Below are positions 60,348 through 64,000 of a stretch of DNA of 64,000 nt, piece by piece; the stretch's first letter is position 1; each line of letters starts with the position of its first letter. The stretch is taken from the NCBI GenBank assembly GCA_046296495.1, contig JBKBLB010000019.1:4312-68311 (forward strand), in the 5' to 3' direction. The notes below the pieces were generated by a model. The model made no database searches and was not told where the DNA came from. It saw only the letters and a program-made list of their open reading frames with translations. The position numbers and the translations under genes are program-made. Source of the DNA: Bacteroidia bacterium. GTDB taxonomy: Bacteria > Bacteroidota > Bacteroidia > UKL13-3.

Positions 60348-61226
60348 ATGAAAACAAATTACAAAAAAATCCTTGTAGCCTCTGCAACTTTTGCATTAAT
60401 ATTTTTTGGCTGCAAAAAAGAAGAAACAAAGAAAAATGATGACCCAAATACCGGAGGAACTGCTCCTTCTTCTTTTACCAAGAAAGTTTTAATTGAAGAA
60501 TTTACAGGGGCGTGGTGCGGTTGGTGTGTTGACGGACATTTACGAGTTGATAATATCATGTCAGCAAATCCAGGTAAAATTGTACCCGTAATGGTTCATC
60601 AAGGCGATGGAATGCAAGGGCCGGAGTATGAAGCATACTACAAACCAACCTTTAGTGTTTCGGGATTTCCTACAGGAATGATTAACCGAGTACCCGGAAC
60701 AGACGGTAAACAAGTACAAAGCAGAAGCGTGTGGGAAAATATGACCAATGCCGAATTAGGTAAAAAAGCAAAATTAGGGTTAAAAATTGATGCCAAAAGT
60801 ATTGAAGGTGATGGCGGCACAGTAAAAGTTTCGGTTGGTTTTGCTGAAGATGTAACAACTAAATGTAATATAATTATTGCAATTCTTGAGGATAAAGTTA
60901 CCGGAACAGGTTCTCAATACGACCAAAAAAACTTTTACGCAAACAATTCTCAATATACTACTCACCCATTTTATTCAAAACCGGCAACCATTACAGGTTA
61001 CGAACATAAATACGTACTTAGAAGAATTACAAAAATTCCTTATGCCGGTGATGAAATCCCTGCTGACAAAACCAAAAAAGGTTCAATATTTACTACAGAA
61101 GCAATGGTAACATTTACCGGATATAATAAACAAAATTGCTATATAGCTGCTTGGGTTCATACACCGGGTGGTGCTGTAGAAAATGCACAAATGGTTAAAG
61201 TTGGCGAAGCAAAAGACTGGGATTAG
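60348..61226 (+). CDS. thioredoxin-fold outer-membrane lipoprotein (Omp28-related), paralog of the divergent neighbour
   Basis: Lipobox FFGC and EEFTGAWCGWCVDGH (CxxC in the Omp28-family context). Confidence 0.6.
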   Translation: MKTNYKKILVASATFALIFFGCKKEETKKNDDPNTGGTAPSSFTKKVLIEEFTGAWCGWCVDGHLRVDNIMSANPGKIVPVMVHQGDGMQGPEYEAYYKPTFSVSGFPTGMINRVPGTDGKQVQSRSVWENMTNAELGKKAKLGLKIDAKSIEGDGGTVKVSVGFAEDVTTKCNIIIAILEDKVTGTGSQYDQKNFYANNSQYTTHPFYSKPATITGYEHKYVLRRITKIPYAGDEIPADKTKKGSIFTTEAMVTFTGYNKQNCYIAAWVHTPGGAVENAQMVKVGEAKDWD

Positions 61227-61250
61227 TAAAAACCATACAAAATTTTAAAA

Positions 61251-61276
61251 GGTCGGCAAATGCCGGCCTTTTTTAT
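61251..61276 (+). terminator. intrinsic terminator
   Basis: ggtcggc/gccggcc stem (one G-U pair) at 61251-61268, followed by TTTTTT at 61269-61274. Confidence 0.7.
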
Positions 61277-61289
61277 TTGTTTTGAACCA

Positions 61290-62192
61290 ATGCACAACAG
61301 CTATTTACAAGGTTTTAAAATTTATCTTCAACTCGAAAAATCATTGTCGCAAAATTCAATCGAAGCATACCTTCGAGATTTGGAAAAATTGGTTCAATAC
61401 TTAATGATAAAAAATATTGATGCTCCTTTAAATAAACTATCAACCCAACAACTTTCAGATTTTATCATTTTCCTAAACCAATTAGGTTTAAGTGTGGCCT
61501 CGCAGGCACGACTGATAAGTGCTATAAAAACATTCTATAAATACCTTTTACTTGAAGATGAAATAAAAGCAAACCCGGCAGAACTGATTGATGCACCTAA
61601 GCTTACACGCAAATTACCCGATGTACTCGATGTGCACGAAATAGATTTAATGATAGCTCAAATAAACCAAAGCACTCCTGAAGGAATTCGAAACAGAGCA
61701 ATTATTGAAACCATGTTTGGCTGTGGCTTGCGCGTAAGCGAAGCCGTTAACTTAAAAATATCAGAAATTTATGCTGACGAAGAATTTATTAAAGTTACCG
61801 GAAAAGGTAACAAAGAAAGACTTGTACCAATAGGTAAAACAGCATTAAAATTTATAGAAATTTACAGAGAAAGCATTCGTAATCATCAAACACCAAAAGC
61901 AGGCAGCAACGATATTTTATTTTTGAACCGAAGAGGCGGAAAATTAAGCCGGGTAATGGTATTTTATATTTTAAAAGATTTGGCTCAGGCTGCCGGAATT
62001 AAAAAAAATATAAGTCCGCACACATTAAGACATTCATTTGCAACAGCATTGGTTGAAGCAGGTGCCGACTTGAGAGCAGTACAACAAATGCTTGGACACG
62101 AAAGTATTACTACCACCGAAATTTATACCCATATTGACAGAAGTTACTTGCATGATGTTGTAACTCAATTTCATCCAAGAGCAAATAAATAA
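61290..62192 (+). CDS. xerD: site-specific tyrosine recombinase XerD
   Basis: LEKSLSQNSIEAYLRDL N-terminal SAM-like domain. Catalytic GLRVSE (R), HTLRHSFAT (HxxR) and LGHESITTTEIYTH (Y). The start is moved to ATG 61290 because 61260 lies inside the upstream terminator. Confidence 0.85.
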   Translation: MHNSYLQGFKIYLQLEKSLSQNSIEAYLRDLEKLVQYLMIKNIDAPLNKLSTQQLSDFIIFLNQLGLSVASQARLISAIKTFYKYLLLEDEIKANPAELIDAPKLTRKLPDVLDVHEIDLMIAQINQSTPEGIRNRAIIETMFGCGLRVSEAVNLKISEIYADEEFIKVTGKGNKERLVPIGKTALKFIEIYRESIRNHQTPKAGSNDILFLNRRGGKLSRVMVFYILKDLAQAAGIKKNISPHTLRHSFATALVEAGADLRAVQQMLGHESITTTEIYTHIDRSYLHDVVTQFHPRANK

Positions 62193-62210
62193 CCGCAAAT
62201 CTTAAACAAT

Positions 62211-62244
62211 AAAAAAAGCCGCTAGTATGTTTTCTAACGGCTTT
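62211..62244. terminator. bidirectional hairpin terminator between xerD (+) and rpsT (-)
   Basis: agccgctag (62217-62225) pairs with ctaacggct (62234-62242), one mismatch. A7 lies before it and TTT after. Confidence 0.6.
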
Positions 62245-62267
62245 ACTAAAATGTTATTAAGGCCAGA

Positions 62268-62588
62268 TTAGGCTTTTTTTGCCTTACTTTTTCCTGATGT
62301 TTTTTTGGTAGCAGCGGCTTTAGCAGCAGCCCTTTGTTCTACAGTATTTACAAGTTTTGATAATTTACTTTTTTGATTGGCAGCCTTATTTTTATGGATG
62401 ATGCTTCTTTTTGCCAATTTATCCAACAAACTGCTTACTTCTTTTAATAATTCTTGCGCTTCGCTTTTTACGGTAGAATTACGTAATTTTTTTATCATAT
62501 TACGTGTGGTTTTTGCCTGGTACCTGTTACGAAGACGCTTTGTAGCGCTATTTCTTATTCTTTTCTCAGCCGATTTATGATTAGCCAT
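62268..62588 (-). CDS. rpsT: 30S ribosomal protein S20 (with a Lys/Ala-rich C-terminal tail)
   Basis: MANHKSAEKRIRNSATKRLRNR... is the canonical S20 N-terminus. 106 aa. Confidence 0.9.
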   Translation of the reverse strand: MANHKSAEKRIRNSATKRLRNRYQAKTTRNMIKKLRNSTVKSEAQELLKEVSSLLDKLAKRSIIHKNKAANQKSKLSKLVNTVEQRAAAKAAATKKTSGKSKAKKA

Positions 62589-62664
62589 TATTATTAATTT
62601 TTTTATTAAAGGGCAGCAAAAATAAAAGAATTACAATTAATTAACAACAAAATGTAAAAAAATT

Positions 62665-62994
62665 TTAAACGGCAAAACTTTCTCCGCAACTGCAAGTTCT
62701 CGAAGCATTTGGATTGTTAAAAGTAAAGCCCTTTCCGTTTAAGCCATCACTAAAATCAAGTTCGGTGCCAAATAAATATAAAACACTTCGTTTGTCGGTA
62801 ACTACTTTAATTCCGTTGTGTTCAAATACCTCATCGCCAGGTTTTATATCATTATCAAAATCAAGTAAGTAACTCAAACCACTGCATCCGCCACTGGTTA
62901 CACCAACACGTAAAAAATAATCAGGGGTATTTTTTCCTTGTTCGCTCATTAAGGCAGTTATATGGTTTTTGGCTTTGTCAGATACGGTTATCAT
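62665..62994 (-). CDS. iron-sulfur cluster insertion protein (IscA/ErpA/HesB family)
   Basis: MITVSDKAKNHI..., GGCSGLSY and C-terminal CSCGESF. The start is trimmed to ATG 62994. Confidence 0.85.
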   Translation of the reverse strand: MITVSDKAKNHITALMSEQGKNTPDYFLRVGVTSGGCSGLSYLLDFDNDIKPGDEVFEHNGIKVVTDKRSVLYLFGTELDFSDGLNGKGFTFNNPNASRTCSCGESFAV

Positions 62995-63099
62995 AATTGG
63001 GTACAAAAATAATATTAGTTTTAAAGTTAATAGCAATATATGTGCCTTAATTGTTTTTGTAAGGTTTGAACCTAAAACAATATGGTTATTTTTGCGCAA

Positions 63100-63954
63100 A
63101 TGGATTTTAACATAAAAACTATTGCAATTGCCGGTGCAGGTACAATGGGTAGCGGAATTGCCCAAGTGTGTGCTACTGCCGGGTACAACACCATTTTGTA
63201 TGATATTGAGGATAATACGCTAAAAAAAGCAGAAACATCTATTAGAAGTGTTTTAGAAAAACTGACAGAAAAAGGCAAAATGGATTTGACAAAAATGAAT
63301 GCAATATTGTCGAAATTACAGTTTACTTCTGAAATTAAATTATTAAAAGCCGATTTGATATTAGAGGCAATAGTTGAAAATTTAGATATAAAACATCGTT
63401 TTTTTAATGATGTATCAGAAATAAACACACCGAAAACCATACTTGCAACAAATACCAGCAGTATTCCCATAACACAAATAGCAGCAAAAATTATAAATCC
63501 TGAAAGGGTTGTTGGCGTTCACTTTTTTAATCCAGCTCCTGTAATGAAATTGGTAGAAATTATTTCGGGTGCACAAACAAACCCTGATATTGCCGCTTTT
63601 TGTAAAAATTTATTTGAAGGTATGGGTAAAACCTGTGTTTTGGCGGCAGACTCACCGGGTTTTATAGTAAACCGCGTAGCAAGGCATTATTATGTGGAAG
63701 CCCTAAAAATTTTAGAAGAAGGCATTTGCAGTTTTGAAACCATAGATGATTTGGCAGAAAATGCCGGTTTTAAAATGGGGCCTTTTAAATTAATGGATTT
63801 AATAGGCATTGACACTAACCTATCTGTGACTACAAGTATGTACAAACTATTTAATATGGATGGTAAATTCAGGCCCAGCCGCATACAACAGCAAAAAGTT
63901 GATGCAGGATTAAACGGTCGCAAATCAGGAAAAGGTTTTTACAATTATGAATAA
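63100..63954 (+). CDS. 3-hydroxyacyl-CoA / 3-hydroxybutyryl-CoA dehydrogenase
   Basis: IAIAGAGTMGSGIAQ Rossmann fold, NTSSIPIT, HFFNPAP and GFIVNR motifs. Confidence 0.85.
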   Translation: MDFNIKTIAIAGAGTMGSGIAQVCATAGYNTILYDIEDNTLKKAETSIRSVLEKLTEKGKMDLTKMNAILSKLQFTSEIKLLKADLILEAIVENLDIKHRFFNDVSEINTPKTILATNTSSIPITQIAAKIINPERVVGVHFFNPAPVMKLVEIISGAQTNPDIAAFCKNLFEGMGKTCVLAADSPGFIVNRVARHYYVEALKILEEGICSFETIDDLAENAGFKMGPFKLMDLIGIDTNLSVTTSMYKLFNMDGKFRPSRIQQQKVDAGLNGRKSGKGFYNYE

Positions 63955-64000
63955 ATTGCTTACAGGTATTTTGCTTCTTAGTATTTTATACTCATGTAAA
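63947..64000 (+). CDS. start of a lipoprotein gene (runs off the right edge)
   Basis: MNKLLTGILLLSILYSCK... is a signal peptide with a lipobox-like SC. Only 18 codons are visible. Confidence 0.3.
   Translation, partial: MNKLLTGILLLSILYSCK

Noticed and set aside
61290-62192. Tyrosine recombinase as a marker of an integrated mobile element.
   Set aside because: The sequence has the XerD-type N-terminal domain and length. It is flanked by terminators and housekeeping genes (rpsT, iscA-like). No flanking direct repeats, tRNA junction, or excisionase/transfer genes were seen.
63072-63470. 132-aa minus-strand ORF overlapping the start of the 3-hydroxyacyl-CoA dehydrogenase gene, and the long track version of the IscA-like ORF (to 63165).
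   Set aside because: It runs antisense to a gene with a clear Rossmann motif. The IscA-family protein starts at MITVSDKAK (62994), and the upstream extension is Cys/Asn-rich nonsense crossing the promoter region.
1-64000. CRISPR arrays, rRNA genes, IS elements/transposases, prophage or toxin-antitoxin modules.
   Set aside because: No regularly spaced direct repeats, no rRNA-like conserved stretches, and no transposase-, integrase- or phage-like ORFs appear in any of the six frames.

Overview
An AT-rich chromosomal segment from a Bacteroidota-type genome. Lineage markers are type-A T9SS C-terminal tails (VYPNPA...), type III glutamine synthetase, a Rho with a long N-terminal insertion, Omp28-like lipoproteins, and TTTG-N19-TAnnTTTG promoter boxes. 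Genes are densely packed and most are housekeeping: gltX (partial), psd, rplY, prs, tRNA-Gln, hutI, rho, nadK, gpsA, ltaE, glnA(III), purK, ribD, prmC, nadC, xerD, rpsT. Accessory blocks are (i) a galactofuranose-type glycan cluster at 3.1-8.3 kb, (ii) a translationally coupled carotenoid tailoring operon at 12.7-16.0 kb, and (iii) a photolyase/cryptochrome trio at 22.5-25.7 kb. Block (iv), the most unusual, is a four-gene operon at 42.2-50.8 kb. In it, two paralogous giant T9SS-tailed proteins are each followed by a small secreted protein ending in a shared P-x-D-G-G + TM helix + Lys/Arg tail, which resembles exosortase or rhombosortase sorting signals. One of these small genes (58 codons, 50548-50724) is missing from the supplied ORF track. 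At the DNA level, TTGAACC(AA) is strongly over-represented on both strands and in several reading frames. A 30-bp perfect palindrome and a 13-bp inverted repeat sit in front of the two AAA+/DUF4143 ATPase genes. No CRISPR array, rRNA, transposase or prophage was seen. Family assignments come from motif recognition by eye, with no searches run.
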